A DNA stretch of 64,000 nucleotides, from the NCBI GenBank assembly GCA_965215015.1, contig OZ244042.1:3744001-3808000 (forward strand), read 5' to 3'. Below the pieces are notes generated by a model. It did no database searches and had not been told where the DNA came from. It was given only the letters and a program-made list of their open reading frames with translations. Within the stretch, counting starts at the first letter, position 1. The number at the start of each line of letters is the position of its first letter. A program made the position numbers and the translations under genes. This document shows, one piece after another, positions 53,369-63,600 of this stretch. The stretch is from Candidatus Poribacteria bacterium. GTDB lineage: Bacteria > Poribacteria > WGA-4E > PCPOR2b.

Positions 53369-56300
53369 TCATCCATTTTCCGCGCTCTCCACTATGGCGA
53401 TTTCTTCAGGGGTGAGACCGTATAACAAGTATACTATCTGATCAACCTCATTTTCAAGTTCGGATACATCCGCGTCCGGGTCAGTGTCTTTGGCAGCGAG
53501 AATCTGATCGACCAGTTCAATAATCAGGGCTTGCTGCTCAGAGGGAGCATCCGGTATTGGAAATTTTTTCACATAATTGTTAATCCAACGACTTGTTCCC
53601 ATCCCACTCGTTTCTGCAATAAGGTTCAAGTAAAAACGAATTGCACTTGAATTTAGGATACCTAGCAGAAATTTTGACTCCATACCTGAAGGAGGTAATA
53701 AAAAATACGCTGAGTTTAGCAGATAAACTTCTTCATTACAAAGGGCAAACCGCCCCAAATCCGTTAGCTCAATCCACACAATCTTTTCTTTTTTGAAGTC
53801 CTCATAGAATGAACACGCTCTTAGATTCGTCCAGTGTTGTCCTTGTGCCCCACGATTTCTGAACCTATCCCCAAATGACTCTAAATGTTTGTATATATCA
53901 GGATAATCTCTTTGTACATTAATTCCATTTTTGGCCAGTAAAATATACTGCCCCCCTAATGTGTAACTGTAGCGGGAAATATCTCTGCCTCTCAAAATGG
54001 GTTTTATGATTTCAGTATTGATGGGATTTTTTTTACAAAATTCTTGTTTCTTATCTTCATCTATAAGAAAAGCTTCATTGCTGCCAGTAGCAATACCAAG
54101 TCTAATTTTTGCCCTCAACTGTTCGAGAGTTTTCCCTGATGATTCCAGTCTCTTTTGGAGCTCAACACACTTTGGTTCTACAAGATTCCACGACCTTGAG
54201 TTAAAGTAGGCTTGAGGATAATTAAAACCGTTGCTTTTTACAAAATCCTCAAAACTATTACCTGAAAATGGCGCATTAACAACAATACAAAAATCATCGG
54301 TGAGATTTGTCGGTTTACGAGACACTATTATTGCGACATTAACAATCACACTCTCGAAAACCTGCGAATCTTCAATATTTAACACTCTTAGCAGCATGTT
54401 TTTACTGTGCAGCAGTCTTCGGATTGGTGCGCCATATTCTGCCCTCAAGTATGAATTTGAAGTAATAAAACTAAATATTCCTTGCTGGTTTTGCAGCTCT
54501 ATCGCTTTTTCGATGAAATAGCAGTACACATCTGCAAACGGTTGGTAAGATTGATAGTTATTCTTAATTTCGGTTTTAAGCTGTTTAGGGATTTTATCAT
54601 GGCTAATATACGGCGGATTTCCAATGACGACATCAAAGCCGTCCGTAACCCCGAACATCCACTCCGGGTCAAACCAATCCGCGCTTGCATTCGGGTCGTA
54701 GGGGTCCCAAGCGGCGACTTTATTCGCATCATCGGCGGGTATCCCGATATGGCGTAATTCCGTCGCCAATTCTTGTCTCAATTTCTTGTCCGCTCGTTTA
54801 CAGTCGAGTTTCTGTGAGCGTGTTGTGGCGTGGAAATGCCGTTCCCGATTTTTACCCAATTCCCCTTCTAATGCTTTCGCCCTGGGGCTTGTCAGGGTTC
54901 GTTCGCCTTCGAGACCGATGAGCATGTTTGCCGCGATAAAGCGTGTCTCCAGATTCGGCAGCGGCTTAATCCCAAAGTTAGCTGCGGCACTATCCGGTTC
55001 CTGCTCAATGGCAAGGGAGATGAAAAAGCGAAGCTTGGCAATTTGGCAAGCGATAGATTGAATGTCCACACCGAAGATGCTGTTTTGAATCAGATACAAC
55101 TTCCGTCCGAAATCCGAATCGCGGTACCGTTTGAAAGTTTCGTTGATTTCGAGGAGGGCTTCACGGCGTAGGTGGTCATCTGCCGTATCAAACGCGTTAG
55201 CCGCCTGTTGGATGGCGCGTTCTTTCTGTAGCTGTTCCCATCGGGTGTTATCGGGGTCCAGCCGTCGTAGGGCGAGCGTCAGTTTATGCAGTATCCCCAT
55301 CGGAAACGCCCCGGAACCGACGGCGGGGTCAAGTATCTTCAATTCTGAAATTGCCCGCACTACCAAGTCGGCTTCGCGGCTATCGAACCGTTCGCTCGCC
55401 TCGTCAAATGCCTTTGCGTAATCGAACAGATAGTGCAACCGCTCGTCCCAAAACTTGGGGTCTCCGTCCGTCGGGGCCACCTGTCCTGCAAGCGTAGCGA
55501 CTAACGCCTCCTCTACCATGTAGTCCACGATGGGACGCGGGGTGTAATAGGAACCGGTCTGCTTCCGTGCCGTTGTGCCGGTTTCGGGGTTATACGCAGC
55601 GAGCAGGTTTTCAAACACCTTGCCAAGTAGCTCCGGGTCCAACGCGACCTCCTGCTCTATGGGTGTGTTTTCCTCAACGGTAAACTTGTACCGTTCCAGC
55701 AGGGGAATCAGACCGTAATCATCATTGAAGAAGAGATAGTTGGGGATGCTTAATTGACTGTAATGCACATCGGAGAAGCAATCCACCCGGTAGCCGCCAT
55801 CCCGTGTTGCCTCCTCGCTGTCGAGACAATCGAATAAGCCACCGTTGATGAATGGCGTTTGGGCGAACAGCCCCAGCAGCTTGTCGGGATCGGCTATCTG
55901 GTCTCTGTAGCGATACCGTGAGAAATTGCGATGGACCGGGTTGCCCCCTTCGCTAAACCCACGCTTCTCTATCTCGGTGTTCAGTGTGGCGAAAAACAGA
56001 TTCTGTAGCACCGCCCGGTAGTAGGAATCGCCGGTGTCGCGGTCATAGTCTTTCAACAGGTAGCGGACGTGTGTCTCGTTGAACAGTTCATCGGCGATCA
56101 GTCCCTTCTCTTTGATAAACCAGACAAACAGCAGTCGCGTGATTAAGCGGATGACGTGCTCCTCCGATTTCAAGGTACGCTTTTCGTTTGTGGGGAACTC
56201 GCCTTCAGCAACTGCCCATTCAAACCAAGCGAACAATTCCCGGTAGAACTGCTTATTGAGTGCTTCGGTGTCGAGAGTTTTTTCCCAAGCGCGATGCAGC

Positions 56301-56935
56301 TCGACAAAATTGCGGACACCGTGCGTTTGGTTCAACGGTTCAAGGGCGAGATCGAATAGGATATCGATGTGTGCACGGTGGGTATCGTTGCAATCAATAT
56401 CCTTGATAAGGGTTACTTTTTCGAGGACATCGCGGGCTGGGTCGGATGCGTGCAAACGGCGATTGATAATCGACAGGGTGAGTGTATCGCCGTGTTGAAA
56501 GAACAGCATCGCGGGTATCGAGAACAACTTGTTGATTTCGCGGGTGATTTGTGACAGTTGGGTGCGGTTGTAACCGCTGCCTTCCAAGCGGATTGCGAAG
56601 AAAAGGTAGGATTCGATGATGGTGTTATCTACCTGCGTCTGGCTGGGATTGAAACTCCATCGGGTTGTATCCGTGGGTGTCAGGTCCTCGCCTGTGAGTT
56701 GGAAAAGCAGGTCAATAGAGGTCCATTCTGCTGTCAGTGCCCTACCGCTATTCAGTTGCCCGTGTAGATCGTAGGCGGCAATAAAGGCGTCGGCGGTATT
56801 TGATTCAAGGGCTAGCGTCCTTTCGCTTTGATAGCCGAGTATGTTGAGCAGATTTCGTGCATTTTCAGCGAGGGCCCCATCGGTGAAGCGGTTTAGAGCG
56901 TTAGTGAGGGCGGCTTTGTGTTGTGCATCGTTCAT
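53369..56935 (-). CDS. Eco57I/type IIG-like restriction-modification N6-adenine methyltransferase with TaqI_C-like specificity region
   Basis: LLGKVFENLL, GSYYTPR, LDPAVGSGAF, GNPPY, KPILRGRDI, KIVW; no nuclease motif identified by eye. Confidence 0.88.
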   Translation of the reverse strand: MNDAQHKAALTNALNRFTDGALAENARNLLNILGYQSERTLALESNTADAFIAAYDLHGQLNSGRALTAEWTSIDLLFQLTGEDLTPTDTTRWSFNPSQTQVDNTIIESYLFFAIRLEGSGYNRTQLSQITREINKLFSIPAMLFFQHGDTLTLSIINRRLHASDPARDVLEKVTLIKDIDCNDTHRAHIDILFDLALEPLNQTHGVRNFVELHRAWEKTLDTEALNKQFYRELFAWFEWAVAEGEFPTNEKRTLKSEEHVIRLITRLLFVWFIKEKGLIADELFNETHVRYLLKDYDRDTGDSYYRAVLQNLFFATLNTEIEKRGFSEGGNPVHRNFSRYRYRDQIADPDKLLGLFAQTPFINGGLFDCLDSEEATRDGGYRVDCFSDVHYSQLSIPNYLFFNDDYGLIPLLERYKFTVEENTPIEQEVALDPELLGKVFENLLAAYNPETGTTARKQTGSYYTPRPIVDYMVEEALVATLAGQVAPTDGDPKFWDERLHYLFDYAKAFDEASERFDSREADLVVRAISELKILDPAVGSGAFPMGILHKLTLALRRLDPDNTRWEQLQKERAIQQAANAFDTADDHLRREALLEINETFKRYRDSDFGRKLYLIQNSIFGVDIQSIACQIAKLRFFISLAIEQEPDSAAANFGIKPLPNLETRFIAANMLIGLEGERTLTSPRAKALEGELGKNRERHFHATTRSQKLDCKRADKKLRQELATELRHIGIPADDANKVAAWDPYDPNASADWFDPEWMFGVTDGFDVVIGNPPYISHDKIPKQLKTEIKNNYQSYQPFADVYCYFIEKAIELQNQQGIFSFITSNSYLRAEYGAPIRRLLHSKNMLLRVLNIEDSQVFESVIVNVAIIVSRKPTNLTDDFCIVVNAPFSGNSFEDFVKSNGFNYPQAYFNSRSWNLVEPKCVELQKRLESSGKTLEQLRAKIRLGIATGSNEAFLIDEDKKQEFCKKNPINTEIIKPILRGRDISRYSYTLGGQYILLAKNGINVQRDYPDIYKHLESFGDRFRNRGAQGQHWTNLRACSFYEDFKKEKIVWIELTDLGRFALCNEEVYLLNSAYFLLPPSGMESKFLLGILNSSAIRFYLNLIAETSGMGTSRWINNYVKKFPIPDAPSEQQALIIELVDQILAAKDTDPDADVSELENEVDQIVYLLYGLTPEEIAIVESAENG

Positions 56936-56937
56936 CT

Positions 56938-57981
56938 TTAGGCTTTCCTGAGTTTAATCCTTGCTGCTATCTTTTGAGCTAAATCCTTGAAAGCGTCGCG
57001 GGCGGCATTGGCGGCGGCGGCGTGGGCACCGATAGCACCGTCTGCCGGGGTGAGGTGAAAAATGGGTTTTCGCGCTTCTTGTGCCATCGGTACTAGGCTT
57101 CGGTAGTGCTTAACAGTAGCAAGGGCATGTTTTTCATCTTGTGACGGTGTCTCGGGGTAAGGGCCTTCGTTATCGTCGAGTAGGTTCCGGGCGTATTCCT
57201 CCGGCATCCGGTTGACCCACTTATCATAGGCTATCACAGGGCGGTTCAAACGGACACTGTGTTGCTGCATTACATATCCAATTGGTTTCATATCTCCCTT
57301 CGGAAGTGGAAAATCGGGTGTGCTCCAATTATCTCGTCTGGTTTTCCAATCCTGCCTCCAGCGTTTCAGCGTAGGGCCGAGGTTACGCAACCCCCGAAGC
57401 GAAAACAGATCTGCCCCCAGTGGAACGACGACATAATCGGTTGCAATCAGCGCAGAGCGGTTGATAGCACCGAGATTGGGACCAACGTCGGCTAAAATAA
57501 TTGAGGCATTCATTTCTGCTGCGCCTTTCTGCATAATAGTCGAAAACGCGGTCAGTATTCTAAAAGGACGATACAGGTTACTGGATCCCAGTGCGTTTGG
57601 CCATTCAGTTGATAGGGTATCCTCAAACCCTGCGAGTGCTAGGTCGCCCGGAATCAACCGAAGATCCCCCTGAAACAGATCTGGTTGGCGTATAATTGGC
57701 TGAAGAGACGCTAATTGCAGGTCTCCGACGTGCATCAGTGGTTTCACACACTCAAAGATAGTACTGCTAGATGTAGAGGCAGTGTCGTTTTCGTCCCAAA
57801 GGCTCTCCAAGCATTCTTCTTTGAGAAACGCAGCGGTAAGGTTCGCCTGTGGGTCCAGGTCACAGGCAAGCACTCGATGACCGATGTCGGATAGCATCCA
57901 TGCTAGATGGTAGGCCAGGGATGTCTTGCCTACGCCGCCTTTATTGTTGAAGAAGGTTAAAACGGGAACAGGCATTTTCAT
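56938..57981 (-). CDS. ParA/Soj-like (AAA_31) ATPase
   Basis: NNKGGVGKTS, DLDPQANLT, DVGPNLGAINR. Confidence 0.9.
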   Translation of the reverse strand: MKMPVPVLTFFNNKGGVGKTSLAYHLAWMLSDIGHRVLACDLDPQANLTAAFLKEECLESLWDENDTASTSSSTIFECVKPLMHVGDLQLASLQPIIRQPDLFQGDLRLIPGDLALAGFEDTLSTEWPNALGSSNLYRPFRILTAFSTIMQKGAAEMNASIILADVGPNLGAINRSALIATDYVVVPLGADLFSLRGLRNLGPTLKRWRQDWKTRRDNWSTPDFPLPKGDMKPIGYVMQQHSVRLNRPVIAYDKWVNRMPEEYARNLLDDNEGPYPETPSQDEKHALATVKHYRSLVPMAQEARKPIFHLTPADGAIGAHAAAANAARDAFKDLAQKIAARIKLRKA

Positions 57982-57987
57982 CTCCTT

Positions 57988-59214
57988 TCAGGATTTTGGC
58001 ACTGCCTCTATTGTGACAAGCACGTTAGTATCATAAATTTCAAATCTCGGTTCCGGATGTCCTGCTTCAGTCAACAGCCTTCTTGCTGTCGGTATTCCCA
58101 CGCCAAAACGTTGCACATAGCCGAGGTTTTTCATCGCTTCCGCCAGATTGGGGTTGCGATAATCGGTCAGTCCGGGCTGGCCGAAATTCACAGCCGTTAC
58201 CACCCCAAACGCGCCGCCGGGGCTTAAAACCTCAATACGGTCGTTGAACCAAGACACACGAATTGGCGCATTGGTTGCCTCATAGGTCCTGTGCATAACG
58301 GCGTTCCGGGTAATTTGTTGCAACGCAGGAATGGGGTAAAGTTCTGTCCGTTGTTCGACGACGTTGGTTGTGAAATCAACAGCGGTGCGATTGTGAGCGG
58401 TCAGTTTCTCGTCGAGACGGCGAAGCAAGTCTGGAATTGTCCCCCCTATTTCTTCGTTGTCAAGAATATCATCCGTTAGCTGACTACCATTAATTCTGAG
58501 GAACTGGACATAAGCATTTGGAAGAAAATCCTGTGGATTTTTGCCGAGCACCAGTATTCCCAACATCGTTGCAATTCGTTCATCGCCCGGAGCAATCATC
58601 TTCGTCGCAGCTAGGCGTTCTTCGGGAGTGCGTTCATTGGCTTGTAGTACCTCGGCGGTAACAACTTGCGGTAGATATTCGTTCTCGAACTGGGCCAGGT
58701 TCAGATCGGAGATGCCGGCTGTGGGGATGGGATGCAGGTCGAAGGGACTGTCTCCAAATCGCCGCTTTTCGTTGAGAATCCTTTCATCCTGTGCCGTGGC
58801 GATGCTGCGGCGCGGCCCAACCCGGATATGGATAGAACCTTTGAATCGAACCGGCGGCGAGTCAGAGGGTTGCACTATGACCACAGCAATTTCCTTACCT
58901 TGCAGCAGCCGCTTCTCAACGTTCAGCGATGGCGGGGGCACGATATTCCCATCAGTTTTCATATCAGCTAATTGCCGGAGCAATCTGTCCGTGACAGATA
59001 GCCCTGTGATAGTTCTGTCATCTCTCACCCCTATAAAAACAAAGCCTGGTTTTTCGTGGCGTGGCAAATCATTGGTAAATGCACAAATGGCTTCTCTGAT
59101 TCTTTCTGTGGCACTGCCGCTCAAAGATTCTTTGAACTCGATACGGTCAGCTTCGCCGAATTCGATGATTTGTAGCAATTCTTCGTCTGTAAAATCTGAC
59201 ATTGTGATTTCCAT
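57988..59214 (-). CDS. Schlafen AlbA_2 plus HATPase_c_4 (RecG C-terminal-like) protein
   Basis: EADRIEFKES..ICAFTN..FIGVRD; NAVMHRTY, IEVLSPG, RNPNLA, GVGI. Confidence 0.85.
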   Translation of the reverse strand: MEITMSDFTDEELLQIIEFGEADRIEFKESLSGSATERIREAICAFTNDLPRHEKPGFVFIGVRDDRTITGLSVTDRLLRQLADMKTDGNIVPPPSLNVEKRLLQGKEIAVVIVQPSDSPPVRFKGSIHIRVGPRRSIATAQDERILNEKRRFGDSPFDLHPIPTAGISDLNLAQFENEYLPQVVTAEVLQANERTPEERLAATKMIAPGDERIATMLGILVLGKNPQDFLPNAYVQFLRINGSQLTDDILDNEEIGGTIPDLLRRLDEKLTAHNRTAVDFTTNVVEQRTELYPIPALQQITRNAVMHRTYEATNAPIRVSWFNDRIEVLSPGGAFGVVTAVNFGQPGLTDYRNPNLAEAMKNLGYVQRFGVGIPTARRLLTEAGHPEPRFEIYDTNVLVTIEAVPKS

Positions 59215-59446
59215 TCATTTAACTCCCCTCGTGATGTAACCCCTGGCACCGCAGGCGGATGCTTGTCTGAATCAGGATATTCAGGATTGAAGGATTCATA
59301 AGATGGGCTCATGTAAAAAAATGATGCAAAGAGACCGTAGGAAGGATACCAAGACCTATCGGGCTCAATCCGCCCAGAACATTGCGCGCCCGTTTCTGAG
59401 GTGGCGTTGAGCGTTCAATGGCGGGCCTCCTAATTTTTAGATACTG

Positions 59447-60631
59447 CTGTTTCTATCCTGTCTATCCATCCTGGAAATCCTGATTCAGGACACGGCTTCA
59501 ACTAGCCGCGTTATCTAATTCATCCATTTTCCGCGCTCTCCACTATGGCGATTTCTTCAGGAGTGAGACCGTATAAATTGTCAGCATCTGGATTCACCGG
59601 ATTCTATGATTCTCAGGATTTTTAGATGCTGCGTTTTCTATCCTGTTTATCCTTCCATCCTGAAAATCCTGATTCATCCATTTTCCGTGCTCTCCACCAT
59701 AGCGATTTCTTCAGGGGTGAGCCCGTATAAATTGTCAGCATCTGGATTCACCGGATTCTATGATTCTCAGGATTTTTAGATGCTGCGGTTTGTATCCTGT
59801 TTATCCATCCAGTCTGGAAATCCTGATTCAGACATTTTCAGCACCCTCCACAATAGCAATTTCTTCAGGGGTTAAATTGTATAATGAGTATACTATCCGA
59901 ATTCGGGTTGTTACGGAGGCAAAAAAATCCGTCGATGGTGATACTTATCCTGTTTATCCTTCCATCCTGAAAATCCTGATTCAGAGATTTTCCAATCCCT
60001 CCACCATAGCGATTTCTTCAGGGGTGAGCCCGTATAAATTGTCAGCATCTGGATTCACCGGATTCTATGATTCTCAGGATTTTTAGATGCTGCGGTTTCT
60101 ATCCTGTTTATCCCTCCATCCTGGAAACCCTGATTCAGCACACGGATTCAACTAGCCACCTTATCTAATTCAGACATTTTCAGCACACTCCACAATACCG
60201 ATTTCTGCAGGGGTTAAATTGTATAATGAGTATACTATCCGAATTCGGGTTGTTACGGAGGCAAAAAAATCCGTCGATGGTGATACTTATCCTGTTTATC
60301 CTTCCATCCTGAAAATCTTGATTCAGACATTTTCAGCACCCTCCACAATACCGATTTCTGCAGGAGTGACACCGTATACAATTGTCAGAATCTGGATTGA
60401 GCAGATTCTATGATTCTCAGGATTTTTAGATGCTGCCGTTTCTATCCTGTTTATCCTTCCATCCTGAAAATCCTGATTCAGAGATTTTCCAATCCCTCCA
60501 CAATAGCGATTTCTGCAGGAGTCAGACCGTATAAATTGTCAGAATCTGGATTCACCGGATTCTACGATTCTCAGGATTTTTAGATGCTGCGGTTTGTATC
60601 CTGTTTATCCCTCCATCCTGGAAATCCTGAT
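59447..60631 (-). repeat. Array of 7 units (~154 bp, one of 189 bp): hairpin plus MTase C-terminal tail copies
   Basis: Tail copies near 59519, 59673, 59827, 59980, 60169, 60322, 60477. Confidence 0.92.
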
Positions 60632-63600
60632 TCAGACATTTTCCAATCCCTCCACAATACCGATTTCTGCAGGAGTCAGACCGTATAACAAATATACTAT
60701 CTGATCAATCTCATTTTCAAGTTCAGATACATCCGCCTCCGGGTCAGTCTCTTTGGCGGCGAGGATTTGGTCAACACGCGCTTCTATCTGTGCAGCAAGG
60801 TGTTGGTTTGCTTCTGTAACAGGGGGAACAGGGAAGCGTTCCATGAACTCACCCTTAAATCTGACTCCTCTTGAACCTAAATGACCGCCCGCATAGTAAT
60901 TCTTAAATGCGAAAAGAAAGAACTTTGAATTTAGGATACCAATAAGGTAAGTAGGATTTTTGCCCGTTAATATCCGTGTGGTATCAAGCGAATAGAATTG
61001 GTTTCTATCAATAAGAAATGTTCCTTTCGTTGCCATCTCTTGCCAAACAATCTTCTCCTGCTCAAATTCAGGGTAGTAAGCAATTTGATCCGATAACTCA
61101 AACCATTTATTCCCCGTCTTCTTCCGAGATTTAGTGCCATCAGCCAGTATTTTGCCTGCCTGTTCCAACCGATCTTTACCAAATTCCAGAAGATAATTTT
61201 TAACCGCAGGATAATCGTCAATGTTCAAATTGAGTGCAGGAAATGTATTTATTGAATACAATCCCGCCCATCGGAGATGATAGCGTTCAATGTCTCGGCC
61301 GCGCAGAAGTGGTTTGATGATTTCGGCTGACTTTGGGTCTTCTGCTACCAGTTCTTCCCGCTTGGCTTCGTCTATGATAAATGCTTCATTACAACCTGTT
61401 GTAATTCCCCTATAGATGTTTATATCCCAATCCTTGAGCGGTTTGCCGACATGCTCTATTTTGCGTTTCAAGGCAAGTGCCGCAGGTGAGAGTATCGCCC
61501 ACGGTTCGCCTTTAGCGGGCAGTTCCATAGCTACGCCGCTAGCGTTCAGGTATGGGGCTATGGCACCGGTGTGTGTGTCAAAATCGGATTTGATAGTTGC
61601 CGCTTTGAATACCGAATAGGCATCAGGCATAGTATTTCTGAGTAGCAAGATGTTGGTGTCCACGGTGGCATCAAACACATCCGGCCCCATGTCGAGCAGT
61701 TGAATGGGTTGAGTATATCGAATAAAATAATCTCTCAACCTTTTGCCATACGCTGCACGCATCCATTTGTTGGAAGTAATAAGACAGCCATGCCCCCCGT
61801 TTTTCAACAGTTGATTCGCTTTTTCATAGAACAGACAGTAAATATCCCCTGTCCTGATAAAACTGTCAAAATTGCACGGTGCATACAAACGCCCCAATCT
61901 CCCGCCATCTCTTTGCAATTGAATATACGGCGGATTGCCAATGACGACATCAAAGCCGTCCGTAACCCCGAACATCCACTCCGTATCGAACCAATCCGCG
62001 CTTGCGTTCTGGTCGTAAGGGTCCCAAGCGGCGACTTTATTCGCATCATCGGCGGGTATCCCGATATGGCGTAATTCCGTCGCCAATTCTTGTCTCAATT
62101 TCTTGTCCGCTCGTTTACAGTCGAGTTTCTGGGGGCGTGTTGTGGCGTGGAAATGCCGTTCCCGATTTTTACCCAATTCCCCTTCTAATGCTTTCGCCCT
62201 GGGGCTTGTCAGGGTTCGTTCGCCTTCGAGACCGATGAGCGTGTTTGCCGCGATAAAGCGTGTCTCCAGATTCGGCAGCGGCTTAATCCCAAAGTTAGCT
62301 GCGGCACTATCCGGTTCCTGCTCAATGGCAAGGGAGATGAAAAAGCGAAGCTTGGCAATTTGGCAAGCGATAGATTGAATGTCCACACCGAAGATGCTGT
62401 TTTGGATCAGATACAACTTCCGTCCGAAGTTGCCCGAATAATTTTCAAAGATTCTGCTAATTTCCGTGAGCTCTTCGTCGCGGCTCTGTCTATCCTTCGT
62501 ATCAAACGCATCCGCCGCGCGTTGGATGGCGCGTTCTTTCTGTAGCTGTTCCCATCGGGTGTTATCGGGGTCCAGCCGTCGCAGGGCGAGCGTCAGTTTA
62601 TGCAGTATCCCCATCGGAAACGCCCCGGAACCGACGGCGGGGTCAAGTATCTTCAATTCTGAAATTGCCCGCACTACCCGGTCCGATTCACAGCTATCGA
62701 ACCGTTCGCTCGCCTCGTCAAATGCCTTTGCGTAATCGAACAGATAGTGCAACCGCTCGTCCCAAGACTTGGGGTCTCCGTCCGTCGGGGCCACCTGTCC
62801 TGCAAGCGTGGCGACTAACGTCTCCTCTACCATGTAGTCCACAATGGCACGGGGGGTGTAATAGGAGCCGGTCTGCTTCCGTGCCGTTGTGCCGGTTTCG
62901 GGGTTATACGCAGCGAGCAGGTTTTCAAACACCTTGCCAAGTAGCTCCGGGTCCAACGCGACCTCCTGCTCTATCGGTGTGTTTTCCTCAACGGTGAACT
63001 TGTACCGTTCCAGTAGGAGAATCAGACCGTAAGCATCATCGAAGAAGAGACGGTTAGGAATACTTAATTGACTGTAATGCACATCGGAGAAGCAATCCAC
63101 CCGGTAGCCGCCATCCCGTGTTGCCTCCTCGCTGTCGAGACAATCGAATAAGCCACCGTTGATGAATGGCGTTTGGGCGAACAGTCCCAGCAGCTTGTCG
63201 GGGTCGGCTATCTGGTCTTTGTAGCGATACCGTGAGAAATTGCGATGGACCGGATTGCCCCCTTCGCTAAAGCCACGCTTCTCTATCTCGGTGTTCAGTG
63301 TGGCGAAAAACAGGTTCTGTAGCACCGCCCGGTAGTAGGAATCGCCCGTGCCCCGGTCATAGTCTTTCAGCAATGGGGCGATGTGCATCTCGTTGAACAG
63401 GTCATCGGCGATCAGTCCCTTCTCTTTGATAAACCAGACGAATAGCAGTCGCGTGATTAAGCGGATGACGTGCTCCTCCGATTTCAAGGTACGCTTTTCG
63501 TTTGTCGGGAACTCGCCTTCAGCAACCGCCCATTCAAACCAAGCGAACAATTCCCGGTAGAACTGCTTATTGAGTGCTTCGGTGTCGAGAGTTTTTTCCC

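Noticed and set aside
56938-57981. ParA as evidence for a plasmid or prophage
   Set aside because: No parB, rep, integrase or phage genes; flanked by chromosomal pepA/rfaE2 and MTases
58541-59239. 232-aa plus-strand ORF, and similar antisense ORFs such as 22530..23090 and 45384..46013
   Set aside because: Shadow ORFs opposite well-supported genes
53166-60413. Plus-strand ORFs within the arrays (53166..53441, 59760..60086, 60219..60413)
   Set aside because: Antisense translations of the repeat units
51995-60631. CRISPR, DGR or integron interpretation of the MTase-tail arrays
   Set aside because: The spacers are homologous gene tails. No reverse transcriptase, cas or integron integrase is in the window, and the substitutions are not obviously adenine-specific
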